This document shows, in pieces, positions 1 to 13,678 of a DNA stretch of 64,000 nucleotides. Under the pieces are notes generated by a model, which had not been told where the DNA came from, made no database searches, and saw nothing but the letters and a program-made list of their open reading frames with translations. Numbering within the stretch: the first letter of the stretch is position 1; each line of letters begins with the position of its first letter. Origin of the DNA: Octopus sinensis (lineage: Eukaryota); the NCBI RefSeq assembly GCF_006345805.1, contig NC_042998.1, positions 87,048,001-87,112,000 of the forward strand, in the 5' to 3' direction. A program made the translations under genes and the position numbers.

Positions 1-106
1 ATGTAATGTTCAATATTCTTTGTATAGGTAACTAACCAGTACTTTCATAGGATTTTGCTATCCCTGAATGAGGTTTGTAATCTTTAATTAAGCTTCTGTA
101 TTTCTG

Positions 107-141
<35 letters not shown>

Positions 142-160
142 ACACACACACATCCGTATG

Positions 161-223
<63 letters not shown>

Positions 224-849
224 GAATTGGAGGATACATGTATAAATGAATAAGTGTATGAGTTTATTAAGATCTCTGATATAAAATGGTTTACCTTGAT
301 TTCACACTTGCTTATAAGATATGTTTACAGTAGAAAGAAGCTAAGTTGTAATCTTTTGCATAATCCACAAGATTTATTACAGTAAAATGAGAAGTTGGGC
401 TCAAGAGATAACATCCAGAGTACTTGCTTGCATAAAAGGAAAAAGTTTCTGTACTATTTTCATAAAGTAGGTTTTTCATAGAAAAATTCATAATGAAAAC
501 TTTCCGATACCTTTCAATTTTATTTTTATTTCCTCTTATAACTATTTCTTCTGTGTTACCACTTTTGCAACCATTTTTGATTATGTAATGTAGCTTTAGG
601 AAAAAAAGTAAATTGCAATAGCGTTCTAAAAATCAACATTCCATTGCCTTCTCCTTTTTTCTCATTAAGGGTTTTAATTGCTTTCTTTCTTTTTCATTTT
701 CCTTCTTTTTTTTTGATATTGTAGTTTTTGAGTTCTGTGAATGGACTAGGATACCTTTAGTTACTAAGATTGAATTCTATCATTACTTTTATTTATTTTA
801 TATGCACACAATCAAATATTCCTTTCCTATTTCTTTTTTATATACAGAA

Positions 850-1830
850 AATCAAATTCTTATTTACACTAACATTTTGAGGTCAGTCTTCACCACTTCA
901 TCCCACAACTTCTACTTATTCTTTCCATGTTTAGCAACAAGCCCTTTGTACAGCTGTCCTCATCCATTCACATCAAATGACCATCCCAGCACAACCTTCT
1001 CTCATGCACATCTCATCTGATGCCACTTATGCCCAATTTTTCTCTGTGCTTTGTATTACATGCACACTGACATTGTATATTCATCGGAACATACTTGTTT
1101 TATTTCTTTCAAGTCTTTGCATGTCCTCTGCATTTACAGTTCAAATTTCACAGCCATGTAGCATTGTTGTTTGTACACAGGCATCATGCAGTCTACCTTT
1201 TATAGAGAGAAAGAAAGCTTTTGTTACTTTCAAAGGTAAGTTCTCTTAAATTTCTCCAACCAATTTGTATTCTAGTAACTATACTTTCAGAGCATCTGAC
1301 TCTACTGCTAATTAGGAACAGAAACAATCAACAACATCTAGATGTATTGCAGGACATCTATTGCCTGTGTGCTCTTATTGGTTTTTGCTCCTGTACATAT
1401 ACCACAAACAAATTCTACTTTCTTTATTAACCTTCCTTTGAATCCAGTTGACCTCTCATGAGTCCATAGTTTGCACTGAGCATACCGTATGAAATGTCTA
1501 CCAACACCTTATCTTTATATGGAACAGGGCTATTTACCTGAAGGGATTAGTGTCCTGTCTGTTTTCCTGCTAATTATAACTTTTATCTTTGCTAAGTGAA
1601 CCTTAAAACCATTTGATTTTAGGTTTTGTTTCCATATCTGGAATTTTAATTATAATTCTTCTGCACTTTCAGCTATAATAACAATGTCATCAGCATAGAG
1701 AAGTTCCCATGGGCAACTGGTCTTAAATTCCTTTGTTATGATCTGGGGAGACTATGATAAACAAGAGGGGACTGATAACCAAACCCTGATGAACTCCTAC
1801 CTGGACACTAAATTCTCTGCTGTACTAATT
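850..1830 (-). mobile_element. Decayed RTE-clade LINE, RT and C-terminal part
   Basis: Reverse complement of 1685-1715 reads CPWELLYADD. The 960-1250 region is visibly homologous to the RTE copy at 58440-58800. Confidence 0.75.
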
Positions 1831-1842
1831 GTTATATCTTTT

Positions 1843-1844
<2 letters not shown>

Positions 1845-1888
<44 letters not shown>

Positions 1889-2530
1889 CTGTCGTTTAAC
1901 GTCTGCTTTCTATACTGGCATGGGTTGGATGGTTTCACTGAAGGCTGGCCAGCCAGAAGGCTGCACCAAGCTCCAACCTTATCTGTTAGAGTTTTTACAG
2001 CTAGATGTCCTTCCTAATGCCAACCACTCCAAGAAAGTAGTAGGTGCTTTTTACGTGTCACTGGCACGAAGGCCAGTTAGCTAGTATTGGCATCAACCAC
2101 ACTTGAATGGTGCTTTTTACATGCCACTGGCACAGGAACCAGTCAAGTGGCACTGGCAATAACCACACTCAAATGGTGCTTTTTACGTGCTACTGGCATG
2201 CGACCAGTCAGCAGCATTGGCATTGACCAAGCTCGAATGGTGCCTTTAGGTGCCACCGGCATGGGTGCCAATCAGATGGTACTGTCGTCAGCCATGACAA
2301 TGACTTCACTTGACTCAACAGGTCTTCGCAAACGCGGTTTATTACTCAATGATTGAAGGGTACTCTTTAATAGGCCAGTTATGCTGCACTGGCATAGGCC
2401 ATAGTTACAGTCTCACTTGGCTTGCTGGGTCTTCTCAAGCACAGCATATCTCCAAAGGTTTCGGTCACCACCTCATCCCAGATATTCCTGGGTCTACCTC
2501 TTCCACAGGTTCTCCCTACTGCTATGCATC
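1845..2530 (-). mobile_element. RTE LINE 3' end (ORF C-terminus, 3' UTR with internal sub-repeats, (GAT)n tail)
   Basis: (CAT)n tail followed by the GTTTAACGTCTGCTTTC motif. At 2450-2520 the minus strand encodes the GRPRxxWDEVV-like ORF end also seen at 58340-58390. Confidence 0.75.
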
Positions 2531-2580
2531 TGGGAATCTGTTTGACTGCCTATAATTTGCATTTTCAATTTCCTCTGCTT

Positions 2581-2613
<33 letters not shown>

Positions 2614-2796
2614 ATCTAGACATGCACACAAAATCATTGTATAAAAAGAAGCACAGTCATCATTGAGGAGGTAGTGAAGGGTGGGATTGAAACAGGGATA
2701 AAATGGCAATAGCTTATAACTGTCCTAATAATACATGATTTGTAAACATTCAACACTAACTGAAGACTCATAGAATATTTAAATGTTTATCAAGTA

Positions 2797-2836
<40 letters not shown>

Positions 2837-3399
2837 TTGTGTGTGACCCTGTCTTGACATCATTTGAAGATTGTAAGTGAACATCTTCATCAGACAAAGT
2901 GATGTTGGTCATTTCCGGTCTTTTATGGAAAAATGTTTGTCCATGGGGCTGTATTACCTTGTTTGGAAACAGATGAGATTTGGGTGTAGAAAATCTGCCT
3001 CAACAATTTCCATTTTTTTTTAAAGCTTTAGACTTGTAATGTGAGTATTATGACAATGATCATTATGACAGAACTGAGAAAGCTGTGACATAAATGAAAG
3101 AATTCTCTATTAAAGAACACGATGCTATTTTTAGAATTTTTGAAAATAGTAAGCACAGACAATGTGCTGATTTGATGTATAGACTGAGTGCTGCAAGTTA
3201 GAAAACACGATAAAAAATGCTCTCAGCCATCATCTTTTATGGTTTTATCTTTTATTTTGTTTCACTTGTTAGACTGTGGCCATGCTGGGGCACTACCGTG
3301 CAAGGTTTAGTCAAACAAATCAATCCCAGTACCTTATGTTTTTTTTTTAATGCCTGATATTTATTCTATCAATCTCTTTCTCTGAACTGCTAAGTTATG

Positions 3400-5770
3400 G
3401 GAGCACAGTATTTCAGTTGAAAAAACTCTCCTCTCAGACCACGACATGATACTCTGCAATTTTAATTCCTGGCATATCAAAGCCAAACCAGCCAATCCCA
3501 CTCCACTGCACTTATTTTACAACATAACTTCCACAAAGCAGACTGGGGAGCAATCAGAAAGGATCTGTCCTTCATCAACTGGTCCTTCACTCTCACTTCC
3601 ACTCACATTGAGACCACATGGCAGCACTTTGAGAACATCATCACCTATACATGCTTAAAACATGCTCCTATGAAATCCACTGACACAAACAGAAAACGGC
3701 TCCCTAAAAAGAAAAAAAAAACACTCATTAGGCGCATCAAAAAGACTCAATTAAAAAAATCAACCAATTAAAATATTCCCACATACAACATCCTCTTTCA
3801 ACAACAATGGAAAACCTGGAGTTGGAAAAACTTCATCTACAGACTGACATGAAAACCTCCATTGAAAATCAAAGAGATACAGATGAACAGTGGGTAATCA
3901 AAAACATCAAACAGAACCTAAAAGTGTTCTACTCTTACGCAAATAAGTATAGAACCACTGTTTCACCCATTGGTCCATTGATTGATGATAACGGCATTCC
4001 CCAACATGATGCTAAAGAAATGGCAGAAATGCTGCAGAAACAATACTGCCCTGTCTTTAGTGACCTCACTGATATTGATGTAAGGCTAAGCGAATGCAGT
4101 TGATTCCCTACATAAAATCTCGGACATAACCTTGACTACCTCAAACATCATAGCAGCAATAAATGAAGTGAAATACTATTCTGCTGTAGGTCCTGATAGA
4201 TTCCCCACTAGTCTCCTGAAGGAATGTAGATACCAACTTACAGTCCCTTTGACCAACCTCCGAAGAAATTCTTTAGACTCAGGTTATATACCGAAAGAGC
4301 TCCTATTCCAGTCTGTCATCTCAGTTTGCAAACAGAGAAACAGATCCCTTGCAGTCAACTATTGTCCAATCTCACTCACCTCCCACATCATTAAAATGTT
4401 TGAAAGAGTGGTAAGATCAATGATAGCTGGCTTCCTGGAGATCCACAGACTCTTAAATGCAAATCAGCATGGCTTTCGCTGTGGCAGGGACACAGCTCTT
4501 ACACCATATTGAGGATATACTTAGAGCCTTGGGAACAAGTTTGAACTCTGATGTCATATATCTTGACTTCAGTAAAGCGTTCAACAGGGTTGACCATAAT
4601 ATCTTACTCTCAAAAATGGAAAACTTCTACACTGGATTGAATATTTCCTAGCAAATAGAGCACAACATGTTGTGGTCGATGGAGTCCACTCAAGCCCAGC
4701 AAGAGTCACCAGTGGTGTCCACCAGGGGACTGTCTTGGGCTTACTCCTTTTTATAATCTATGTAAACGACTTTCCAGAGTCATAAAACACAAAGTGAAAA
4801 TATTTACTGATGACACTAAGCTCCAGAAAATCATCAATGAAAAAGAAGACCGAACTCAACTCCAGTCTGATTTATATGTGATGAGTCAATGGGCAGACAA
4901 AAACAAAATGCAACTAAATGAGGGAAAATTTGAGCTGATGCATTTTGGATGAAAGACTATACTAAAACATCCATACTCCCTTCCTTCAGGGAAACCACTC
5001 ACAGCATCTAATAATATCAAAAACCTAGGAGTAATTGTTGGTAACTATCTCAGTTGGAGTGCCCACATCAACAATAAGGTCGATATAGCTCATAGGATGA
5101 GCTCCTGGATCTTAAAAACCAGCAAAGTGTCATCATTCCACTTTTCTCCTCCTTTGTACAGCCACACCTCAAATACTGCTGCGCTCTGTGGTCTCACCAT
5201 ACAAAACAAAATATCTCGAAAATTGAATCACCCTAAAGAGCATTCACTAAACAAATTAAGGGCATGACTGATCTCGATTACTGGGACCGCCTTAAAGCCT
5301 TGAAACTCTACTCTGTCCAGCGCTGCTGCAAGTGGTACATCATTTGTACAATGGGGAGAATATACTGCTAGCATTGCCCAAACGACCTGAATATTAGCTT
5401 CAAGGTTCATCCAAGGGTGGGACCATGGGCCATACGTCCCCGGCCCAATTCAAGATCACAACATATAAGTACACTGTGACACAATTTTTTTTCCTCAACA
5501 GACCCTGCCCTGTTTAACATTGTCCCAAAACTGATCAAAGAGGAAAAGGATCCCATCACCTTTAAATGGAGTCTGGACAAATTTCTTCAAGGAATACCAG
5601 ATAAGCCACCCAAACCTGGATACAACTAACTCAGCAAGAGCTCCCTACATGAATGGACCATGATAACACAAAACTTGACTTAAAAAAGATTTAGATAATC
5701 CTATCAGGTGGTGCTATTAAGTTAGACATTGCCTGGACCAATCTTTGGTCAAAACATATCTAAGTTTATC
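3400..5770 (+). mobile_element. Decayed APE-type LINE (CR1/L2/Jockey group), linker plus RT
   Basis: Fragmented RT motifs: AVGPD, PISLTSHIIKMFERVV, QHGFR, VIYLDFSKAFNRVDHNILL, VTSGVHQGTVLG, IFTDDTK. Many stops and frameshifts. Ends at a (TATG)n tract. Confidence 0.8.
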
Positions 5771-5904
5771 TAAGTTTTATGAATGTATGTATGTATGTAT
5801 GTATGTATGTATGTATGTATGTATGTATGTATGTATATGTGTGTATATATATGTGTGTGTGTGTATATGTATATGTATATGTATATGTATGTATCACATA
5901 TATA

Positions 5905-6170
5905 TACATCACCATCATCATTTAACGTTCATTGTCCAGACTAGTATGGGTTGGAGAGTTTGACCAGGGCTGGCAAGCTGGAAGGCTGCACCGGACACCA
6001 GTCTGATTTGGCATGGTTTCTACAGCTGGATGCCCTTCCTAATGCCAACCACTCTGAGAGTGTAATGGGTGCTTTTACATTCCACTAGCATGTGTACCAT
6101 TTGCATGACACCAGTATCTGGCATGACTGCAATTTTACTTGGCTTGATGGGTCTTCTTCTCAAGCATGGC
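5905..6170 (-). mobile_element. RTE-tail short element
   Basis: CATCAT-TTTAACG start and the core GCTGGATGCCCTTCCTAATGCCAACCAC shared with many copies in the window. Confidence 0.7.
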
Positions 6171-6294
6171 ATATATATATATATGTATATGACAGTATAA
6201 ATATACCATAAATCCCATACACATATATACATACACACACACACATATATACATACATACACACACATATACATACATACATACATAAATATAT

Positions 6295-7868
6295 ATATGT
6301 CATCCCATAAACAATGTGTTTTTCTTAAACTTCTTTTATTTTTCAAAATTAAGATAAACAAAGTTCTTTTTTTATCTAAAATATACACCCGCTCATTTTT
6401 TCTGTGGTAGACTTGTAAGGCCCTTCTTCCAAATTCACTTGTCCGTGATGAAAAATACTCCTCCGGTACTGTTCTGACCTCATCTACAGGATTCATATTT
6501 ATTCCATCCAAGTGATTTTGAAGACTGCGGAATAAATGATAATCAGATGGCGCAATGCCTGGCAAATATGGTGGGTGAGGCATAATTTCCTATTCAAACT
6601 GTTCAAGCCTTTGGAATGTCCTCCTCGTTGTATGTGGCCGAGCATTATCCTGATGGAAGAACACCTTTTATCTTGAAGCCAAAGATGGACATTTTTCTTC
6701 TACTACTGATATAAGCCACTCTAGCTGCTCATAAGTGGACTAAACCTTTCATATCCCACCAAACAGATAACACCTTATGTGAGTGAAGACCTTTAGCCTG
6801 GAGTGTTGGCGTTTCTCCCTTCTATTCCCACTGTCTTTGGTCCTTGACATTTTTATAGAGAACCCAACGTGATCGTTACCTGTATCGCCTTACTGGCACT
6901 TGTGCTGGTGTCACATGAAAAAACATCCAAGCAAGGTCGTTGCCAGTGCCGCTGGACTGGCTCCTGTGCAGGTGGCACATAAAAAGCACCATTTGAACGT
7001 GGCTGTTGCTAGTACTGCCTGACTGGCCTTCGTGCTGGTGGCACGTAAAAGCACCCACTACACTCTCGGAGTGGTTGGCGTTAGGAAGGGCATCCAGCTG
7101 TAGAAATTCTGCCAGATCAGATGGGAATCTGGTGCAGCCATCTGGTGCAGCCATCTGGTTCACCATACCTCAGTCAAATCGTCCGACCCATGCTAGCATG
7201 GAAAGCGGACGTTAAACGATGATGATGATGATGATTTCTCATCACTAGTCACTATTCAGTCCAAAAAAGGTTGAGTCATGAGACATAACAGCAAAGATCA
7301 GGCATTCACTCTCTGCAGGCGATTAGACTCAGAAAGTTTGTGAGGATTCCATTGACCCAATTTACTGACTTTTCTGATAGCATGCAGGTGTTGATGAATG
7401 GTTGAATGAATAAATCTAAGCTTCTCAACAGTTACAATGGGATTTTGTTCCAGCAGGGTTTGCTAGATGTCTTCATGGAGCTCTCCAGATTTTCCAGGAT
7501 GAGGCTAGTCTTCTAAGTTATAGTTTCCAGTTCGGAATTTCTGGAACCACCATTGACACTGGCTTACACTTACTGTCTGATCCCCATATAATGTATTAAT
7601 ATTCCTCACATTTTCCGTTGCATTGTTGCCTTTATTGAACTCATAAAGCAAAATATACTGAATATGCTCCTTTGTCACTTCCATTATAGTTTTGATAAAA
7701 TAACTGTTAAAATCGAACTGCCCCCTTTGAAACTTGCACTAAGAATAAGCACACAGTAAAATTACTACCTGCTTTTATAGCAAGTTGATTGCAGGTATCC
7801 CATTTCCCTCTGACTTTTAGTTCATGCAATTGAAAAAAAACTGTATTATTTATGGGATGACCAAATAT
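6295..7868 (-). mobile_element. Decayed full-length Tc1/mariner DNA transposon interrupted by an RTE-tail insertion
   Basis: C-terminal motif HPPYLPGIAPSDYHLFRSLQNHL (canonical YSPDLAPSD). N-terminal HTH-like VSQCQWWFQKFRTGNYNLED at ~7500-7575. Inverted termini GTCATCCCATAAA (~6299) and TTTATGGGATGAC (~7849-7861). About 1.2 kb without the insert. Confidence 0.8.
6870..7235 (+). mobile_element. RTE-tail short element nested in the mariner
   Basis: Ends GCATGGAAAGCGGACGTTAAAC(GAT)n; contains the internal sub-repeats. Confidence 0.8.
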
Positions 7869-7908
7869 ATTTATATATATAAAAATATATTGGGTCATCC
7901 CATACATA

Positions 7909-7925
<17 letters not shown>

Positions 7926-7939
<14 letters not shown>

Positions 7940-8196
7940 ATATTAGGGAAAGAATCCAAAATTACAGGGAAAAATCAGATTTAGGGTTAAATCCAATTTT
8001 ATAGTAAAATATTATATAATATAATTCGAGACAAAACCACTATTTTAAAACCAAACAAGGAAAGACTTAATCAATACATAAAATTTTAATATAAATTAAA
8101 TAAATAAAATAATTTATATTAAAATTTTATGTATTGATTAAGTCTTTCTTTGTTTGGTTTTAAAATAGTGGTTTTGTCTCGAATTATATTATATAT
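7926..8196. repeat. Interspersed repeat with ~83-bp fold-back arms; second copy at 49290-49515
   Basis: 8013-8095 is the reverse complement of ~8112-8195. The unique part (AATATTAGGGAA...CAGGGAAAAATCAGATTTAGG) is shared with 49290-49370. Confidence 0.85.
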
Positions 8197-8814
8197 ATAT
8201 ATATATATAGCAAAAATCCTAAGAGACCTACATGGAGTGGATGTAGGCATTTTCACAGATGAGGGCAGCAACATCAAAATCATTCATTCACCAAATGCTC
8301 CACTTCAGAGGAGGTTCAGTGAAAGTGTAGCAAAGCAAATTGTGGTGCCCTAGCATGGCTGTGGCTCTTCAGCTGAAACTAGAAAGGAAAAGAAATATAT
8401 CTATCATACTTATAGAGGGGTGACAGTGTTTTTGAAGTTTCAGCTTGCTAGCTTTCACCTGCCTCAGTCTGTTTTTGAGCAAAGCACTTCATTTCACATT
8501 GCTCCAGTTCACTCAGCTGTAAATAAATAACTATGTGAGGGACTAGCATCCTATACAGGAGGAATGTCATTCAAGTATAAACCAAAGAAAACAAGTAACT
8601 GATCCTATGAGTCCTAGCACTTAATACAGTAATGTCAAGAGGCTGATAATGATTTTTCATTCAACAACCAGAACATTTTTTATCGCTGCAAGACCTACAA
8701 TAACTACTTATTGATTGCTATTCTTTTCAGAGACAACAATCTAGAAGGTAGCTAGGGTAGTGAGTACCTCATGTTAGCGAAATAACTGCAGGAGAGTTAC
8801 TTAGCTAAAAGTAA

Positions 8815-9120
8815 GCTGCTGTACTTAGTATTCTTGTTAAAAGCCTTTAACAAGATCTCTTGCTTTGAGATCTGATGATGACTGAGAAAGGCACAGGTAG
8901 ACAAATGGCTTGTGAGAGCCATACATGCCATCTATATAGATGCAGTCAATAAAATGAGAAATAACAATGACTACTGCAATTAATTTAGTGTAAAAATATT
9001 CATGTATGCACTGTTGCACTAACTTCTTTCCAGTTGTTTTTGAAGATGGTCCTTCATTGGATTGTACAGGTGGTAGCAAGAGGATGTCAGATCCAGATTG
9101 TAGAATAGATGGCAGATCAG
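8815..9120 (+). mobile_element. RTE-clade RT fragment
   Basis: Reads KAFNKI...RKAQVDKWLVRAIHAIYIDAVNKMR, matching the RTE RT motif KAFDRVP..W.L.KLGI.EWLVRAV seen at 59331-59612. Confidence 0.55.
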
Positions 9121-9449
9121 TGATCAACACAATTTGCTGATTGCCTGATTTGTTGCCAAAGATGTGTGATCATCATTTTCATGATAAATGTGGATCATCT
9201 TCAAATTCTTTTTTGGTCTCTTCCACCTTATAGCTTCTCTAAGCTTTTTGTGTCTCAATTTTACTGTTTACTGTTCATGATACAGCCACTTTCCAGAAAA
9301 TCAAGAAGAATTACACCTTTGTCATCTTCAAAACAAGTCACCATAACTTTCTGTGGAAATCATTGTCTTTTGAATTTTTAACACCTTAGAGAAAAGGTGT
9401 AATATATTCCATGGATTAAGCCTACATTTTTAAGTGATAAAGATATGCC

Positions 9450-9900
9450 TACATTTCATCTACTAACATTTAATTAGGGAAAATGTGTCTTCATAGGCTC
9501 CAAATGCTTCCAATAGATGAGAGTAGACTTCTAATGTTCTTTCTTTCAAATTGGTTGTCAGCTGCCCAGGTACCAACCTGGCACACACTTTCTAGCACCC
9601 AAAATATTCCACCATCTTCTGTTATGCTTTGTGATCATAGTCCAGTTGTGCAGCTGGCTTATAATTTGTTACTCATCTGTATGCACCAATCAGTTTGTCC
9701 ACCTACTGGTAGTTTTGTGCCAACTGTTGGGGTTGATAGCCCTCCCATAGCATGGTTTATCTTCAATGCTAGTTTCTCCTTATTTAAACTTCATCCATTT
9801 GAGAACATTTTTCTTGTCAATGGTGTTATTTCCAAAAGTTACTTGAAACCTTCTGTGGATATTGGATAACTTGTACTCCTTCTTCATCAAGGTCTAAGTA
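9450..9900 (-). mobile_element. Second mariner transposase remnant
   Basis: Minus strand reads GETSIEDKPCYGRLST (mariner HTH linker) and WVPGQLT (canonical WVPHEL). Confidence 0.65.
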
Positions 9901-10924
9901 CAGCACACTGCTTCTGTTTAGAACACACTATTTGCCCACAATGAAGAACTTGAGGAAGAATTTTCTATAAAAGAAGAATTACTTTACCAATGTGTCGAAT
10001 TTGAGAAAACCTATATCACTTAATAAAATATCTATGTCCTCTTTTGATACAACTTTCATATAGCGCACAAAATTAAATTGGACAGAAAGACATTAGTTGG
10101 CAGCACCACAGTTTTATATAGAATACTAAAGAAATAAGAAGAATAAATACAGAAGCTTTATTAAAAGCAAAATGCAAGCTGAAAATCAAAACATAGACCA
10201 ACAGAATATAAAAAAAAAACAACCATGAAATCTCTCAGAATTTTTTTTGTTTCAAATCTGGCATTTAAAACAATATTCCTTCTGTTTCTTTGTGACTTTC
10301 ATAAAATACACAAAGAATAGACTTCACAGTCATTGAAAATCTGTTGTGAAAGTATGTCTAAACACAGTCAGGATTGTGTCACAAAAACTAGCTCTCCAAC
10401 TTTAGGGACCAGAAAATACTTCAGTCTCTAACAATAGCTGATGCTTTACAAAGTTCAAATGAGATCCACACCTGGAATGGCACTGCCTGTTACTCACACA
10501 GACCTCATAGATAACATTTGGAGAAAGATTAGTTGACTGACATAATATCACTCAGTGATATTCTGTATCTGGCCCACAAGCATGTTATTTCTTCCCTCTG
10601 CTTTCTTATTGCCACTGTAATGGCCCATCTTCCTCTGAACTCAGCAGTTTTATGCCTCCTCTACCTATGTACACCTGATCTATTCATCTCACCTCTGACC
10701 CTTCTTATCATTACCCTTGTTGTGTCTAACTCCCCCAGTTTCACATTATCCATTATATTTAATCCTTTATCTCCAGAACATTGAGGGCTCTGGAACCTCC
10801 TTCTTGCTCACATCTTTCTGGCAGGTGTGAATTTGAAAAAGGTTAAAATTTAAAAAATATTCTGTGTGTGTATACACACACATGCATACACACACATATA
10901 TGTATGCGTACATGTCATATGCAT

Positions 10925-10954
10925 ATCTATCTATCTGTCTGTCTATCTATCGAC

Positions 10955-11011
<57 letters not shown>

Positions 11012-11025
11012 AATCGATCTATCTA

Positions 11026-11079
<54 letters not shown>

Positions 11080-11151
11080 AGTCTGTCTGTCCTGTCTATC
11101 TATCTAGCCGTTAGCCTGTATGTCTATCTATCTGTTTGTCTGTCTGTCTAT

Positions 11152-11189
<38 letters not shown>

Positions 11190-11260
11190 CTATCTATCTA
11201 TCTATCTATCTATCTGTCTGTCTGTCTATCTCTCTGCCTGTCTGTCTGTCTGTTTGTCTG

Positions 11261-11325
<65 letters not shown>

Positions 11326-11340
11326 ATCTATCTATCTATC
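10925..11340. repeat. Compound (TATC)n/(TGTC)n microsatellite
   Basis: Directly visible; it resumes at 12206-12290 after the LINE insertion. Confidence 0.95.
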
Positions 11341-12205
11341 AGGCCCATGGACAACTTCCAGAGATCCCTGGCCTGGCAGTGCTACCGAGAAGCACTACCC
11401 ATTTGGGATAAGCTCTACAGGCACGGCTTGAGAAACATGGTACCGACCTGCCTGAGATGTGGTCAGAGCGACGAAACCGTTTTGCACGCACTCGTGCAGT
11501 GTCCAACAATTTCCAACCTATGGGCCTATGTCGAACAACTGCTGTCATGTGTGGGACGAGTCAGTTTATCAGCCGAGTCTATTGTCAATATTGTCACGCC
11601 TCCTTCCTTCAAACGGGAAGGAAGAGCTATTTTCATCATCCTTGTGGCTATGGTGAAAGAATGTATCTGGTGGACGCGTCTGAAAGGATTGAAGACAAAC
11701 ACTTTCCTCTCTGGTCAATCTCTCATTAACTTCTTCAAGTATCACTTGAAAAGGAAAGTGAGAGTAGAGAGGCAAGTTTTGTCTAGCGAATGTTTTAAAA
11801 AAGATGGGTGAATGTAGCAAGGATGGCACGTATGAATGACGAAGCCACCTTGAGCATAATCCTATGAACCCGGAAATTTAAAACAGAGGGTTACCTACTT
11901 GCAAACAAATGTAGTAACATGTAACAATATTGACCGGGGTTACCGGGGTCTTTTCCGTAGGCTTTTCTTCCCACGGATAAACCTTATCTGCTTCCCCCTT
12001 TACACATTACATCATGACACTGTGATACACGATCCCTATTGATCGTTTTTTTTCCTTTGTTTCTTTTCCTTTTTTTTTCTTCTTCTTCTTTCCCTTTTAC
12101 GATCCCTTTTGATCAAAGACCTACCCCACTTTTTTTTTCTTTCCCTCAAAAAGAAAAGCTCTACTTTGTAATCTGTGTGCAGCCCTGTGTAGCTAATAAA
12201 GAAAC
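11341..12205 (+). mobile_element. 5'-truncated Tx1-clade LINE (ORF2 C-terminal zinc-finger region plus 3' UTR)
   Basis: [20 protein letters not shown]...[18 protein letters not shown]...[10 protein letters not shown] parallels [22 protein letters not shown] and FIFHLKRKI of the 38.5-43.7 kb element. Ends AATAAAGAAAC, then returns to TATC repeats. Confidence 0.85.
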
Positions 12206-12369
12206 ATATCTATCTATCTATCTGTCTGTCTGTCTGTCTGTCTATCTTTCTGTCTTTCTATCTGTCTATCTGTCTGTCTGTCTATCGAACTGAATGTGAT
12301 AAGTTTTTTATGTTACTTCTTATTTTAACCATTAGATATTGGCTTAAAATATTTTGGAAAAGCCAGTAA

Positions 12370-12555
12370 TTTCAGGGGTGGTGGTGAGTCAATTACATCA
12401 ACCCTGGTACTCAACCGGTGTTTATTTTATCAACTCTGAAAGGATGAAAGACAAAGTTAGTCTTGGGGTAATTTGAACTCAGAATGTGTAGATGGACAAA
12501 ATGTTACTAAGTATTTTCCTCAGCGTGGTAACGATTCTGCCAGACTCATCACCCT
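12370..12555 (-). mobile_element. SINE, second family (head GGTGAGCTGGCAGAATCGTTAGC; central CATCCTTTC.GGGTCGATAAA). Other copies at ~22350-22565, 24680-24960, 32510-32660 (-) and 50590-50800 (+)
   Basis: Recurrent similarity among at least five dispersed copies, with a Pol III-like head. Confidence 0.65.
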
Positions 12556-12944
12556 ATTTTAGCCATTAGATATTAACTTATACACATGCACACAAACACA
12601 CACAAATGTAAACACAAATACATACACATAGATACAGATTCAGATATACATTCATGTACAGACACCTACATCCCTATACTCACAGATACATGGACAGTGG
12701 TATGCACACACACACACACACATGCACACAAATACCTGTACATTTGGATGCATAGAGGCATGAGTTATGCATATACGCATACATATATACATATATGTAT
12801 ATATATATATATATATTATATATATATATATATGCATTTATACATATATACACACACAGACATACACTAAAAAACACACATTCATGAACACATTTAAATA
12901 CATGTATATCTACATACAGTTTAAACACACATTTATGCACAGAA

Positions 12945-13105
12945 GTGGGTGTGTGGTAAGTAACTTGCTTATCAACCACATGGTTCCAAGTTAAGTCCCA
13001 CTGCATGGCACATTGAGCAAGTGTCTTTTACTATAGCCTCAGGCTGACTAAAGCCTTCTGAGTGGATTTGGTAGACAGAAATTGAAATAAGACTGTCATA
13101 TATAT

Positions 13106-13144
<39 letters not shown>

Positions 13145-13634
13145 CATCATCATCATCATCGTTTAACATCTGCTTTCCATGCTGGCATGGGTTGAGTTGG
13201 ACAGTTTGATTGGGGACTGGTGAGCCAGATAGCTGCACCAGGCTCCAATCTGATCTGGCAAAATTTCTACAGCTGGATGCCCTTCTTAACGCCAACCACT
13301 CTGAGAGTGTAGTGGGTGCTTTTATGTCCCACCAGCACAAGAGCCAGTCAGGCAGTACTGGTAACGGCTACACTCAAATGGTGTTTTTACATGTCACCTG
13401 CACAGGAGCCAGTGCAGCGGCACTGGCAACGCCCTCACTTGAATATTGTTTTTCACGTACCACCGGCACAAGTGCCAGTAAGACAATGCTGGTAATGATC
13501 ATGGTCGAATGGTGCTTTTTATGTGCCACCGGCATGGGAGCCAGTCAGCAACCCTGGCAACGATCATGCTCGGATGGTGCTCTTAACGCTCCACTAGCAC
13601 GGATGCCAGTCATGCGGTGCTGTCATCGAATTTG

Positions 13635-13678
<44 letters not shown>

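Noticed and set aside
10864-11811. 315-aa ORF as a host gene
   Set aside because: The N-terminal half is microsatellite; the C-terminal half is a Tx1 ORF2 fragment that happens to be in frame.
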